A stretch of DNA of 64,000 nucleotides from Laetmonice hystrix (GCA_965235115.1 OZ249436.1:23314001-23378000); one strand, 5' to 3'. Numbered from the stretch's first letter, positions 1 to 12,544 are shown. The notes: generated by a model from the letters alone, not told the origin. Numbers and translations are program-made.

Positions 1-1758
1 GGGGGACCGATTGACCACCTACTCTAGTGTGCGACTACAACTCGCTTTAGCCTGGCATTGCGCTTTTGTACAATGATTTTTGTTTTTAGCCTCACGGAAA
101 TATTATCCAAGCTATTGAGTTGTAACATTAACAACTAAGAGACAACATCATGAACTGATATTAAGAAAAATTTCATTGAATTATAATCATTAATTTTTGA
201 AATATTGACGTTTAAAGTTCGGGGCGTTTTTTTTTATCCACTCGATATATACAATGAAATGTTGGACACTGATTTGTGCTGGTTTTTCTTCTTCAATCTA
301 TATATATTAGGTTGGAGCATCCCGTTGCTAAGGAAATTTCAATATTCATGTATGTTGCTAGGCAACGGGCTGGTATTACGAAATGACTGATGTGACCACA
401 GGAACCCCTAATATCACTTTAGTGAAGATAAGTGTTTCCTTTTCTCCATGGAGCCATATAAAAAGCTGGTTGCTAAGCATGCTACTGTTGCTAGGCAACA
501 GGAACCCAAAACAGCCCCAATTTTTTTTTTGATGCCAATTGGTCTGGGTTTTTTAAGCACATGTTAATGTATACATACACATGCCAAATTTCATGACTTT
601 ATCACAAAATGAACGATTCTTTGGTCTGAGTTGACTTACCCTCCACACTAGATCCATGCAAAACCTGGACGATATAGGCATAATGATGATATGGGCACTA
701 TGCAGCTATGTAATGAAACAACTGGTAACAGAGGTAAATATGCACAGATCTGGAAAATATTTGGTACACTAAAGCAGAATCGTCTCCTCTTTCCAATGGC
801 ATACACCGAAATAGTCTCTGTCATTTTTTTCTATCTCATTTTGAAACTTTCCTATGTCATATGTTTAAAATACCCCATTTTTAGCCATTCTTTGAGTTCC
901 GGTGACCTTGACCTTGGGGTCAAAGGTCAAAAGCAAGAACATTCTGAAGGAGCATTTCTCTAACCAGCATCCTACAAGGTTTGGTTAAAATATGAATCTT
1001 TGTTCCAGAATTATTTAATAAAAAGTAAATTTAGTAAATTTTGGCCCAAAACCAAGTTCTAAACCGTTTCCATGGCAACGGCAACACATCTGGACCTTTT
1101 TAACCTCGATGCATAAACCCCCATGAGTTTCTCTTTGATCTAGTACCATTGGAAATTTTCTACCATTCCGTGTCGAAAAAATGCCATTTTTGGGGTCTGG
1201 GGCTCCGACTAGTAGCGTAACGTTAACTTAAACTTTAAAGCGTGGGCTAAGCAGAGTCTAGACACAGAGTAGGCTAAACACATAGGCCTACAGAATGCGC
1301 ACAGAGAATTTGGCGTGCCCAGGCGATCGTAGTGCCACACGACGGTGCGTGTGCCTGACAGTGCCAGTCAGGACGGGGTGTGACTAATTACCGAAATCTA
1401 CCGGAATATAGATCTCTACCGAAATCTACCGAAATCTACCGGAATCTACCGAAATCCAGACACCCCATGACTAATTACCGAAATCGACCCCCAGACTTTT
1501 TTTTTTTTTTTGATAATTTTTATTTTGGGAATTGGGGTTCAGTCAATGACTGGTCTTCCACCCCCTCCCACTAAATCACACTACAGATAATACATAGAGA
1601 ATACGGCTACCTTCGCTGGAATCCAAGATCATTGTTGAAAATGAAATAATGATGGAATGAGATGGTAAAATTTCAAACTCCATATAATTATTCTGCGGAT
1701 ACAAACTGTATATTTGTATTTGTACATCGAAGCTATATACCACTCACGTAACACGGTG

Positions 1759-4116
1759 TTAACCATTCTCTGTATATGTATTGTTTAATAGATCATCCAA
1801 CAGCCGTTTAAATTTGCATTTCCTATTGACTAATGTCATTGAAGGAGTTAATCTATTCCACGATTCAGCAGCTCTGTAGTATATACTTCTATAATATCTT
1901 GTATTCTTAATCTTAGGTAGACGGAGACGTTTACCTTCACGTGATCTTGTTGGTATTTGCCTAAGATCAAGGTTATCTGGTTTAGAAGCAAGATCATATG
2001 CATGAGTTAACAAATGTTTTTCTCGGCGGCACTCCAGTCTACATATTTTGGCATTTTCATGAAGTGCTTTCGTTGATAATCTTTGATCATAAGGAATCAA
2101 GTGTTGATTGTAGATTAATCTCAGGGCTCTGTTTTGTATCTTCTGTACTTGTTTATTAGCATATTTGATATTCTGCTCATACACCAAATCAGCATAGTCC
2201 AATAAAGGCAGCATCGTGGCTTTATATATATTGAGTGCTGCATTGACAGTTAAAAATTTCCTTATCTTGGCAAAGTAATTTAACTTCAAATTCAACTGGT
2301 TTATTAACTTAGTCCGATGATCATGAAAGGTTAGTCTATTATCGACATAGAGCCCCAAGTATTTATAACAATCAACTCGTTCAAGCATCTCACCGCCGAT
2401 GTTGAAACTGGCTGTATTGTTAACATTGCCCGAGCCAAAGACCATCCACTGGGTCTTTTTCGTATTTAGAGTTAAAGTATTCCTACAACACCAGTCATAA
2501 GTAGCTGTTAGGTTTTCCTGCAATACTACAGGATCCGTACCAAATAAGACTGTGTCATCGGCAAACATATGTAGACCATCCTTAATAATATGAGGTAGAT
2601 TGTTTATGTAAATTGAGAACAAAATTGGCCCTAATACGGAGCCTTGTGGTACTCCGTATTCGATATCTCTGAATGAAGATACATTCCCATCAAGTATAAC
2701 CCTTTGATACCGATTTGCTAGATAGCTGCTAAACCAATTTCTCAATTTCTCTGGTAAGCCTATCTCAGTTAGCTTGCTTAATAGTGTGGTATGTGAAACA
2801 GAGTCAAGGGCTTTTTTAAGATCTAAATAAATCACATACGTTGACTGAGAGTTGTTCAAATTGTTATAGATATTGTCAAGTAATGCTGTAATAGCGCTTA
2901 AGGTCGATTTTCCTGTACGGAAACCATGTTGTTTTTCAGACAAAATTTCATTTAGTTCGAGAAATTTGCTTAATCGCTTACTAACAATTCTTTCAAGTAT
3001 TTTGCCTGGCAGAGGCAGCAACGAGATTGGTCTTAAGTCTACAGCCTCGGTAACACTGGGTTTTTTTGGCAATGGTACAACAGTGCTGCACTTCCAACTA
3101 TCAGGAAAGGATTCACTTTGAATGGATGCATTGAAGATTTTACATAGCTTATTGGGTAGATGTAAAAACGCATCTTTATATACCATGCTTTTAATGCCCA
3201 AGGCTGATGATTTCTTAATGTCAATCATCCGAATGATTGGTAACAATTCTTCCATAGTTATATTTTTTGTTAAATTATTCAGACCACGCAAGTTACCATT
3301 GCGCTCATAGGCTTGTATATTATAATTGGGGTAGCGTGCTAAATGCTTTTGAGCCAAGGTACTGCCAATACTTGAGAAGTATTTATTTATGTAGTCGGGC
3401 AACCTATCCTTATCAATAGTAGCATTTTTGTCAGGATCATACAGGGTATTAATAACAGTACACTTCGACTCTGGTAGTACCTCGCGAATTTTCTGCCAAA
3501 ATCGTTTAGGATTATTATAATTCCTGCGTAGTTCATCTTTAATCTTCTCAGCTTTATAATTTGCAATAGCACTATTCACTCTATTTCTGAGGAATCTAGC
3601 AATATTCCATGCATCCTCATTCTGAGTCCTTCTAGCTCTAGCATAAAATGCATCTCTATCACGCATTAATTCAAGAATATCGTTATTAATCCATTCAGCT
3701 TTTTTTTCAGGGATCATCATTTTAATTACAGGGCAAGTATAATCAAGAGCTTTGGTAACATTACTATTAAATATCTGCCAAGATACTTCCGGGTCATTGC
3801 TAACATCAAATTCAAACCAATCCATTGTATCTAGTAGGTTGCAGAAAACTCTCGGATTATATTGTTTATAAGATCGTCCCCACACCTCTTTTTTCTTTAT
3901 AGATTCTCGCTGTTTTTTCTTAATTAAGTAAATAGGGAGGTGATCACTTATATATTCCTGTATCACACCAGATGCTTGAATATAATTTATATCTGTGAAA
4001 ATTAAATCAATTTTTGAGCTAGATGTAGAAGAAATTCGTGTGTCCTCATTTATGACTTGCTTAAGACCAAATCTCTTTTCAAAGCCTTGTATTTGCTCTC
4101 TGAGTTGCTCTATCAC
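1759..4116 (-). CDS. LINE-A ORF2: C-terminal part of APE endonuclease plus reverse transcriptase (N-terminally truncated)
   Basis: IDLIFT and SDHLPI (APE C-terminus); RPISLL, QHGFR, YLDLKKALD, GVPQGSVLGPILF, FADD, YKYLG (CR1/L2-type RT). Confidence 0.93.
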   Translation of the reverse strand: MIEQLREQIQGFEKRFGLKQVINEDTRISSTSSSKIDLIFTDINYIQASGVIQEYISDHLPIYLIKKKQRESIKKKEVWGRSYKQYNPRVFCNLLDTMDWFEFDVSNDPEVSWQIFNSNVTKALDYTCPVIKMMIPEKKAEWINNDILELMRDRDAFYARARRTQNEDAWNIARFLRNRVNSAIANYKAEKIKDELRRNYNNPKRFWQKIREVLPESKCTVINTLYDPDKNATIDKDRLPDYINKYFSSIGSTLAQKHLARYPNYNIQAYERNGNLRGLNNLTKNITMEELLPIIRMIDIKKSSALGIKSMVYKDAFLHLPNKLCKIFNASIQSESFPDSWKCSTVVPLPKKPSVTEAVDLRPISLLPLPGKILERIVSKRLSKFLELNEILSEKQHGFRTGKSTLSAITALLDNIYNNLNNSQSTYVIYLDLKKALDSVSHTTLLSKLTEIGLPEKLRNWFSSYLANRYQRVILDGNVSSFRDIEYGVPQGSVLGPILFSIYINNLPHIIKDGLHMFADDTVLFGTDPVVLQENLTATYDWCCRNTLTLNTKKTQWMVFGSGNVNNTASFNIGGEMLERVDCYKYLGLYVDNRLTFHDHRTKLINQLNLKLNYFAKIRKFLTVNAALNIYKATMLPLLDYADLVYEQNIKYANKQVQKIQNRALRLIYNQHLIPYDQRLSTKALHENAKICRLECRREKHLLTHAYDLASKPDNLDLRQIPTRSREGKRLRLPKIKNTRYYRSIYYRAAESWNRLTPSMTLVNRKCKFKRLLDDLLNNTYTENG

Positions 4117-4333
4117 GCTGTGTCATGTCACATATGCCACCACAGATGCAGACAGTATCGTAGGGACAGTTCAGAAGCAGCTGTGACGCTGTCTCGAAAA
4201 TCCTAGCCAGTCCGGCTCCAGGGTTAACAGAGATGTGAACGGTTTCCTTGGTCAATAAATCAATCTGCTCCTGAAGCCCCCTGCCCCTAGAGTCCATGGC
4301 TAACAGTATTTTCATAGCCCGCTTGTTGCTCAC
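4079..4333 (-). pseudogene. SGNH/GDSL esterase-like ORF1 fragment of LINE-A
   Basis: ILLAMDSRG ... NPGA ... VCICGGICD resemble SGNH blocks I-III. Esterase ORF1 domains are known in CR1/L2 LINEs. Truncated where it meets ORF2. Confidence 0.55.
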
Positions 4334-5244
4334 AATTATAGTGTGTAACTTACAATTATTGTAATCAAATAAACACTATAATAGGCCTACAGTCTCCCGT
4401 GATACAAGAGTACTGTAAATTATGAGCCCAACAGGACAGTCTCAGATAATATATATATAAATATATGCCTGTAATCAGTGTTACTCAGACACCCTATAAT
4501 ACAGTCTCCCGTGATACAATAGGCCTACAGTCTCCCGTGATACAAGAGTACTGTAAATACAAGACTTACCGAAATCGACCTCTAATAGTGTTGGGAAGGA
4601 CCCATATTTACCGAAATCGACTTCTAATTGGGTTTAGGAGCCCCCAAACTTACCGAAATCGACCTTCAGTTGTGCTGGGAGCCCCCAAACTTACCGAAAT
4701 TTACCTCTAGTTGTGTTTGGGAGCCTCCAAACTTACCGAAATCGACCTCTAATAGTGTTCGGTAAATCTGGGGCCTTCCCAACACTATTAGAGGTCGATT
4801 TCGGTAAGTCTGGGGGCTTCCCAACACTATTAGAGGTCGATTTCGGTAAGTCTGGGGGTCGATTTCGGTAATTAGTCATGGGGTGTCTTGATTTCGGTAG
4901 ATTCCGGTAGATTCCGATAGATTTCGGTATATTCCGGTATATTGCGGTAGATTTCGGTAATTAGTCACACCGGTCAGGACGTGATCGCAATGCTATTTCA
5001 CTAGGGAACACGCTGCTCTTTACTCGTCAATTTGGAGACAAAATTCTATTCACCCGACTCCACACAGTTTTGAAAATGTTCATAAGATCCTCTACTGTCA
5101 AATGTTTGTCTGGATTACAAGGTCAACTGTCCACACTTTGAAAAACTTCAAATGGCGGAGACCGCCAAGTAACGCACCATGTTGACGGTAGGGCAGGCGA
5201 TGGGAGGCCGACCGGTGACAGAGCTGGGCTGGGGAGCGGTTCGA

Positions 5245-5910
5245 AATCCCAATTGATTTTTAAACTGGGTCACGAATTAGTGATATCAAAAATACAATTA
5301 GAGATATCAGAAATTATATTACAGATATCAAAAATAGGAAGAGAATTAGTGATATCGCTAATTGAATTAATAATATCTGCAATTCAATTTCTGATATCTG
5401 AAATTCAATTTCCGATATCAAAAAAACAATTTTTGATATCTGCAAATAGAAGAATTAGAGATATCATTAATTGAATTGGAGATATCAGAAATTGAATTAG
5501 AGATATCAAAAAATGAATTAATGGTATCACTAAATGATTTAACGATATCAGAAATTGAATTTGGCCTAATGATATCAAAAAATGAATTAGAGATATCAAA
5601 AATAGAAAGGCATTTAGCGATATCATTAATCCATTTATTGATATCGGCAATTCAATTTTTGATATCTCTAATTTAATTAGTGATATCTCTAACTCTATTT
5701 CTGATATCACTAATTCTATTTCTGATATCGCTAATTCATTTAGTGATATCACTAATTCTTTTTTGATATCTCTAAGTATTTCTTGATATCATTAAATATT
5801 TAATGATATCAAGAAATGATTTAGGGATATCAAGAAATGAATTAGAGATATCAAAAATTCATTTAATGATATCTCTAAATAGGAATAAATGTGAAAATGG
5901 CGCCCCATAG
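5245..5910. repeat. GATATC-rich (EcoRV-site) short-period repeat array, quasi-palindromic MITE-like
   Basis: Dozens of GATATC cores in ~21-bp periodic units (GAATTAGAGATATCAAAAA and its reverse complement). Ends with GGCGCCCCATAG. The ORFs here are repeat artefacts. Confidence 0.75.
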
Positions 5911-6841
5911 TTAAGGTAATCCTGGTATTGGCGTAGACTGTATTTTTCGTTTGAAATGCACGGGCATCAGGCGTAACCCAATTACTTTGACAATGTCCCT
6001 AAAGAGAAAAGTTGTATAGTCCTCTACAGGAATCTATATTTTCCTAGATAGAGCTACCCATGATTTCTACCGAACATGGACTGTTAAGGTCATCCTGGCA
6101 CTGGCGTAGAGTGTGTGATTAGGTCCCTATATACCCCACCTGACTGTTTTGATTAGTTCCCTATATACCCCACCTGACTGTATTTCTCTTTTGAAATGCA
6201 CGGGCATCAGGGGTAACCCAATTACTTTGACAATGTCCCTAAAGAGAAAAGTTGTATAGTCCTCTACAGGAATCGAACCCAGGCCCTAAGATTACTGCAC
6301 CCATTCGCATAGCATAAGGTGTCGACATCCATGCCCACTAGGCCACCGCCACTCCCCTAAAAAAGGAGCTTTGGTGGTCGAGCAGGACAATGGACCCTCC
6401 CCCCTACACACATCTTTTTGAAATGAGACGGAATCCATATTTTCCTAGTTAGAGCTACACATGATTTCTACCGAACATTGACTGTTAAGGTAATCCTGGC
6501 ACTGGCGTAGACTGTATTTTTCTTTTGAAATGCACGGGCATCAGGGGTAACCCAATTACTTTGACAATGTCCCTAAAGAGAAAAGTTGTATAGTCCTCTA
6601 CAGGAATCGAACCCAGGCCCTAAGATTACTGCACCCATTCGCATAGCATAAGGTGTCGACACCCATGCCCACTCGGCCACCGCGACTCCCTAAAAAAGGA
6701 GCTTTGGTGGTCGAGCAGGACAATGGACCCTCCCCCCTACACACATCTTTTTGAAATGAGACGGAATCCATATTTTCCTAGTTAGAGCTACACATGATTT
6801 CTACCGAACATTGACTGTTAAGGTAATCCTGGCACTGGCGT
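5910..6841. repeat. ~334-bp tandem repeat containing a tRNA-derived segment
   Basis: TGCACGGGCATCAG recurs at 5957, 6197 and 6531. The last two units carry, on minus, TGGCC(T/G)AGTGG (A box) and GGTTCGATTCC (B box). Confidence 0.8.
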
Positions 6842-6863
6842 TGTAGGGCCCTATATACCCCAC

Positions 6864-7005
6864 CAAACAGTACAGTGAGGCCAAACAATACAGTGAGGGC
6901 AAACAGTACAGTGAGGCCAAACAGTACAGGGAGGCGAAACAGTGCAGGGAAGTCAACCAGTACAGTGAGGCCAAACAGTGCACGGAGGCCAAACAGTACA
7001 GTGAG
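6864..7005. repeat. 18-bp minisatellite (AAACAGTACAGTGAGGCC)n
   Basis: About 7-8 imperfect tandem copies. Confidence 0.85.
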
Positions 7006-7379
7006 AAGTCCCTACATGGTACTGGCTGGCCTGTTTCCTGTGGGTTTACAAGGGAGCCTCCTGTTTGTTACCAGCCGTTTATTGCCATTCTACATTCCCA
7101 AAAAACCCTAAAATGACATATTTTACATCATTCTAAGGCAAGTGGTTCAAAAGTTAAATTTTCATGACGGCGTCTGGCGGCCATCTTGGATTTATGCAGA
7201 TTACGAGATTTGCCCAAACTTGCCATCTGGGCAACCAAGTTGAATTTGTTCTAGGACCCCATTAGAGTACAAATCAACAAAAAATGTCATAGGAAAGAAC
7301 ATTTCTAGGTGGTGTATTGAACACATAGGACTGTCAAATGGACTATATTATGACCAGTTGACGACGGTTCGTGAGAATC

Positions 7380-7710
7380 GACATGTGTACGGTAACGGCA
7401 ATACGATTATCCGACAATCGTTACGTAAGATTATGGAGTATATAGGCCAAAATCTCTAAATAACAGTACACGTTGACGGGTCCGTTTTATGTTTCACCGT
7501 TACATGTGTACACTCATTGCCGCATGGCCGTTACCGCTACCACAAAAACGCTACATGTGTACAAGGCTAAAGCTGTGTACACATGTAGCGTTTTTGCGGC
7601 AACGGCAACGATAATGCGGCAATGCGGCAGCGGCCAAAAAAATCGCAAAAATGAAATCCAGTGCATGTGTACACATGCGTACGGTAACGGCAATACGACT
7701 ATCCGACTAT
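7380..7710. repeat. Palindromic MITE-like fragments (CATGTGTACAC motifs)
   Basis: Direct and inverted copies of ACATGTGTACGGTAACGGCAATACGA and GTGTACACATGTAGCGTTTT. Confidence 0.5.
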
Positions 7711-9169
7711 CTGCCGGGCCTTATCAGCAGCAACTAGATCGCGTGTGGCGATGCCACAAGGGATCCCATCCCCTGGGGGGTGACGTCATGCAGTTATAGT
7801 GACGTCGTCATGGAACTCGGTGTCAATTAAAAGACTATAATGACTTCCTATTCCTGTTCAGTAGGCCTGCTAACCATGGCTTTATCTCCCACCGTTTATG
7901 AGTTATAGGCCTTAGAAAATATTGATGACGTCATTATGACGTCATACGTGATGCTACATAATTAATCTTGGAGTCAATTGAAAGAGCATATATGACTTCC
8001 TATTCGTGTTCAATAGTAACTATGGTCCTGTCCTGCAATGTTTTCGAGTTATAGGCCATGTAAGATACCAATGACGTCATTATGACGTCATACGTCACGC
8101 TATCTAATAAATGTTGGTGTCAATTGGAAGAGAATATATGACTTCCTGTTCGGGTTCAATAGTAACTATGGTCCTATCCTGCACCGTTTTCGAGTTATAG
8201 GCCATAGAAAATACCAATGACGTCATTATGACGTCATACGTCACGCTACCTAATAAATGTCGGTGTCAATTGAAAGAGCATATATGACTTCCTATTCATG
8301 TTCAATAGTCCTTAGAAAATATTGAAGACATTATTATGACGTCATACGTGATGCTACATCATTAATCCTGAAGTCAATAGACTATTTCCAAGAATGGCCG
8401 CCGTCCCCAGCAACGCCTAGCAACGAGCCGAGGTCTGTGAAGCGAGCAGCCTATATGCCCATTAACTAGCATTACACGCTACGGCACGGACAACCTTAAA
8501 ATTGTACAAGGTAGCTTCTGTATAAAACACAACCACTATCACCAACAGGTCAAGGATTACTCTAGGAACACGCACAATTTGTTAGAACATGCAGTGGTTT
8601 GCATACAGCCGAGGAGAAAATTACCACATTTTGTCGACCGTATGAGACAAACAGCGGGCGACAATAGCAGAACATGCCAACGTGTTCGTGGGGACTTTGC
8701 AACAGTAACTCACAATATGGGCCGCAAGAAAAGCGGCTACGGCAAGAAATAAATAATAACAGAATGCCCTCCAAAAGAAGCATTTTTCTCTGTTCTGGGA
8801 CTGTTCGCTGTGTTGAGGCAATCTTGTGACACATCTCAATGTGTCATTGTGTGCGCCACACTTAACAAGTCATGCACCCGACCCTCCTCATTGTATGGTT
8901 CACACCTCCCCTCATTGTTTGGCTCAGGGGGCTCATTTTATTAATAACCAAACAGTAATGTTTTTTTAGCAACAACTATATAGACGCCACACCCTGTCTC
9001 AACAGAACGAAGTGTTGTTATAACTTTAAAGGTCTGCTTCCAGTGCCCCTCTGGGTTGATCTGTCTCCCCTCTAGACTTCAAGCATGACTGGGATATCTG
9101 AATGCAACTAGGATACAGTTTCTCTGATTCATCTGTTATTTTCTTTAAATACCATGAATGAGTACCATT

Positions 9170-9420
9170 ACTCTAGTCCGCAAACGTGCCATCAACTGTC
9201 AGACAGCGATCACCGAAGCTCTTTTGATAGGCATTCAAGTTCTCTCCATCATAGTGATCAGCCAGACTGCAGATCAGATAGTTAAAAATATCACGAACTG
9301 TGAGTAGTGGCGCACTGCTGAGGTCATCCGCAAATCCTTGAATCCTTGTAGAGTTAACAAATCACCTTGATCCCCAGTGAACTCAACCTTTTGGATATCT
9401 CATCAGCCACATTCCAAGTA
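9170..9420 (-). pseudogene. Degraded fragment of an ISL2EU/Kolobok-type accessory (SWIM-associated) protein
   Basis: Minus strand reads GFADDLSSAPLLTVRDIFNYLICSLADHYDGENLNAYQKS, resembling the DIxNYL...LxAYKS motif of such proteins. Flanked by stops. Confidence 0.4.
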
Positions 9421-9439
9421 CTGAAGTCTGGATCCACGT

Positions 9440-9608
9440 CAGTGCCGTGCCCAGAGATTGGTGCAGGGGGGTGTTATTCGTGCAGGGGGGGGGGGGGTTA
9501 CAGTGGACGGATCCAAGTGTTAGTTAGGACCTAAAAAACAAAAAGAAACAAATCTGTGGCACCCAGGGCGGTTACAGACACCCAAAAACCCCCTTGGGCA
9601 CGGCCATG
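9440..9608. mobile_element. Small MITE
   Basis: CAGTGCCGTGCCCA ... TGGGCACGGCCATG inverted ends. CACGT duplicated at 9435-9439 and 9609-9613. Confidence 0.6.
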
Positions 9609-10517
9609 CACGTCCAAGTTCTGTTCTGAAAAACTCTTGCAAAGAGAAACTATAATTGTTAAAGACACAGTCAAATAAGCTGACACTGACACAAATGATA
9701 CAAATTCATTAAAACGGTACCAAATGTCGTTATCAGTTATCAGTAAAGCGATAAGTTTATAAGTTTATATCTCTCTCATTTTCCTGTTCTATGTATAGTT
9801 TATGTTCGCTGTGATGAGCGACTCTGTCTGTATGACTGTACTGCCTTCATTGATAAAACAACTTCCCAAACGAAAGCTGGGGAACACCATCAATGGAGAA
9901 CATATGTTACTCAAGAGATTATATTGTTTTGATTATATTGTTTGTTAACTTAATGCTGGTAGCAGACCATGAATACAAATGTCTATAATGAACATATAAT
10001 CTTTCTAGGGGTAAATCAGAGGTACACATTAGAAATGAACATAAGAATTGTCTCTGATATAATTATAAGATGTTTGTTCATTATTTTGAGCAAGAGTAGC
10101 CCATAGTGAAACTAGGGGTACGATAGTGCATTCAAATGATACAAATTCATTAATACGGTACCAAATGTCGTTATCAGTAAAGCGATGTTTATATCTATCT
10201 CATTTTCCTGTTCTATGTATAGTTTATGTTCAATTACGTCAGATTCATGACAATAATGTTCATCGTTTTTCAATGTAGCAAATGATGCTACATTGAGGAA
10301 AATCAAAGTAAAACTAGACATCATGATTGCAAGCAATACACTAATCCCATTTCCTCCGGACGTCATGAGGAAAACGCCAGGTGCCATTCGTATGCTATCA
10401 AGTACCTAAGTGGCCCATAGCCTTACCACTCTGCCATCTTGGTTTTACTGTCAGTCCTGGAACCTTTGTCCCAAATCTCAGAAAGGGTAGGACAGAAGGT
10501 TAGGTTATGGGAAAATT

Positions 10518-11260
10518 ATCTCTGAAAACCATGTATGTCAAAATATTTCATAACTATGATTTTGACAAGGCCTCATATCCTGCCTGGTGGTGTTTTGGTA
10601 TTCAGAGTCTGAAATATGAGAAAAAAAAATTTCCGTATTTGGTGGGATTCGAACCCATGATCTCCGGCTTTTAGGTCGGGCATGCTACCAACTCAGCTAT
10701 TGAGACTCACGCTTGTAGAGGTACCTAGGTCCTATTTGAAATAGGTGGATGACGTCATGACACAAAAGAGTGACGTCACAGAAAAAAGTTTGCATAAATC
10801 TAGCTCAGCATCCCATCCTCTTTAAGCCTATTAAGTTTCGTTAAGATCTGTTAAAAACTGCCAGAGATATGACCGATTTCTGGTAAACTTTATCTTTGAG
10901 AACCATGTATGTCAAAACATTTCATAACTATGACTGTGACAAGGCCTCATATCCTGCCTGGTGGTGTTTTGGTTTTCAGAGTGTGAAAAATGAGAAAAAA
11001 GTTTTTGTACTTTGTGGGATTCGAACCGATGATCTCCAGCCTTTAGGTCGGGCATGCTACCCACTCAGCTATTGAGACTCACGGGTATGGAGGTACCTGG
11101 GTCCTATTTGAAATAGGTGGATGACTTTATGACACAAAAGAGTGACGTCACAGAAAAAAGTTTGCATAAATCTAGCTCAGCATCCCATCCTCTGTAAGCC
11201 TACCAAGTTTCATTAAGATCTGTTAAAAACTGCCAGAGATATGACCGATTTCTGGTAAAC
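10518..11260. repeat. ~372-bp tandem duplication, each unit with a tRNA-like (pol III A/B box) segment on minus
   Basis: Units start ~10518 and ~10890. Minus strand TAGCTGAGTTGG ... GGTTCGAATCCC at 10641-10701, with a second copy at ~11013-11072. Confidence 0.75.
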
Positions 11261-11920
11261 TGACCAAAGAATCAAACTTTGATGTCACGTGATTCAGTGA
11301 AAAAAGGTCCGATCGCTAAACAACGGCCCCACAATTTTAAGCTATCCACTAGGAACACCCAGAAGTGGTTTGGTCAAGATTTTCAAAAAAATGAGAGAGT
11401 AGTAAGGATTTAACCATATTGTGACCTTTGACCCGAATCTCAGAAAGGGTAATGATCCAAGGTCAAGTTATGGAACAAGTATCTTAGAGAACCATCCACG
11501 AAGAGGATCTATAACCAATATTTCCCCAAGTAACAGTAGTTTTGTGTTGGGAGTTGATAAATTGATGCTCCATGTGACGTGTTTGAGACGTCATAAAACC
11601 AAGACATGACGTCGCATGAAGTCCTGCTTCATATGCACAGATCTTCATCCCATGATGAACCCTCCCTGCAAGTTTCAACCTGCTATCTTAAAAAGTGACC
11701 AAGATATACACTTTGTCTTACAACAGGAATAATAATAATAATAGTGTAGACGAAACCATACAAAATCAAAATCCCATTTCCCCGTCAGGGAAATGGGATA
11801 ATTAAGTTTACTGCTAGCACTTTTCTACCCATAATTTCGACTTAGATTGAATATACATGTCTTTTAACCTGCCCAACTTTTCCCTGCTTCACTGGTCAAT
11901 GGTCACTTTCCACAAACCAC

Positions 11921-12544
11921 TCAGAATCGGTATAGAACGTTGCTACATCGGTAAGGGGTCAATCTTGGTATAGGTCGGCATAAATCGGGCCGGGATCTTG
12001 ATAGGACGAAGTTCAATCTGCATAGGTCGGCAGTGAACGTTGCGCGGTCGGGAAGGTCGGGGCGATGTCGGGATATAGAACATGATAGCACGCAGCGTGA
12101 TCGTTGAGAGATCTTTGGAAAACCGTTGCCCAATCGCCGTTAAACGTGAAAATTTGTGTCTAGGTCTTCGGGTTGTCATTATTTCATCACGATTCATCAC
12201 GACTTAAAATAAATTTCAGATCTTGATAGAACGGCATAGAACGTAGTACAATCGGCTTTGGTGGGACTGGGGTCAATTTTCTGGCAATTGTCCTACGATA
12301 AACCACGACTGAACAACGAACTATCCCGATTGTTCCCCGACTATTCCCGACTGAGCAACGTTTGACCTACGATATAGCGCCGATTTGAGCTTTTTCCCGA
12401 CCAATGCCGATTGTTTTGAACAGTTCAAAATTATTGTCGCGACCTATAATGATCTATCAAGACTACTCTGCGAGTTAGGACCTTTCCCGATTGTACGGGA
12501 TTTATCAGATCGTGACATGTCGTAGCTTTGGTGGGACTGGGGCT
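11921..12544. mobile_element. PIF/Harbinger-like MITE family H1 (left-truncated copy)
   Basis: Ends GCTTTGGTGGGACTGGGGCT followed by TAA. Homologous to 13354-14619 and 21892-23160. Confidence 0.75.

Larger units (their letters stand above)
1499..4561 (-). mobile_element. CR1/L2-group non-LTR retrotransposon (LINE-A), internally deleted
   Basis: Poly(A) tail (T-run 1497-1511) preceded on minus by AATAAA and a GGAAGA-CAGTCA-T-TGACTG hairpin. AGACTT duplicated at 1493-1498 and 4562-4567. Host TIR array resumes exactly after the insertion. Confidence 0.85.
1375..4972. mobile_element. Non-autonomous TIR DNA transposon with internally repetitive long TIRs, interrupted by a LINE
   Basis: Left end GGGGTGTGACTAATTACCGAAAT (1375) and right end ATTTCGGTAATTAGTCACACCG (4972) are inverted. 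Flanking 8-bp direct repeat GTCAGGAC at 1367-1374 and 4973-4980. Subterminal CCGAAATC arrays. Superfamily (hAT/Mutator-like) uncertain. Confidence 0.8.
7733..11802 (+). mobile_element. Helentron-associated (HINE/DINE-like) non-autonomous element or composite with nested inserts
   Basis: Starts AACTAG. ~140-bp tandem units (GACTTCCTATT...AATAGTAACTATGG, TGACGTCAT) at 7800-8380. (AAT)n microsatellite at ~11728 followed by 3' hairpin ATCCCATTTCCC-CGTCA-GGGAAATGGGAT (11770-11799). Continuity as a single element is inferred. Confidence 0.5.

Noticed and set aside
1..1212. Possible Academ-like element ends (...CCACACTA at ~650, ...CCGACTA at ~1211)
   Set aside because: Only single termini are visible, with no paired TIR or TSD to support a call.
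4560..4960. CRISPR-like appearance of repeated TTACCGAAATCGACC
   Set aside because: Spacers are similar to each other, orientation flips, and the array is the subterminal region of a TIR element in a eukaryotic context with no cas genes.
5253..5752. Ile/Ser/Leu-rich ORFs resembling leucine-rich or coiled-coil proteins
   Set aside because: Translation of the GATATC repeat array.
10641..10701. Possible tRNA gene (also 6260-6350)
   Set aside because: A and B boxes are present but there is no convincing acceptor stem or cloverleaf; embedded in tandem repeats.
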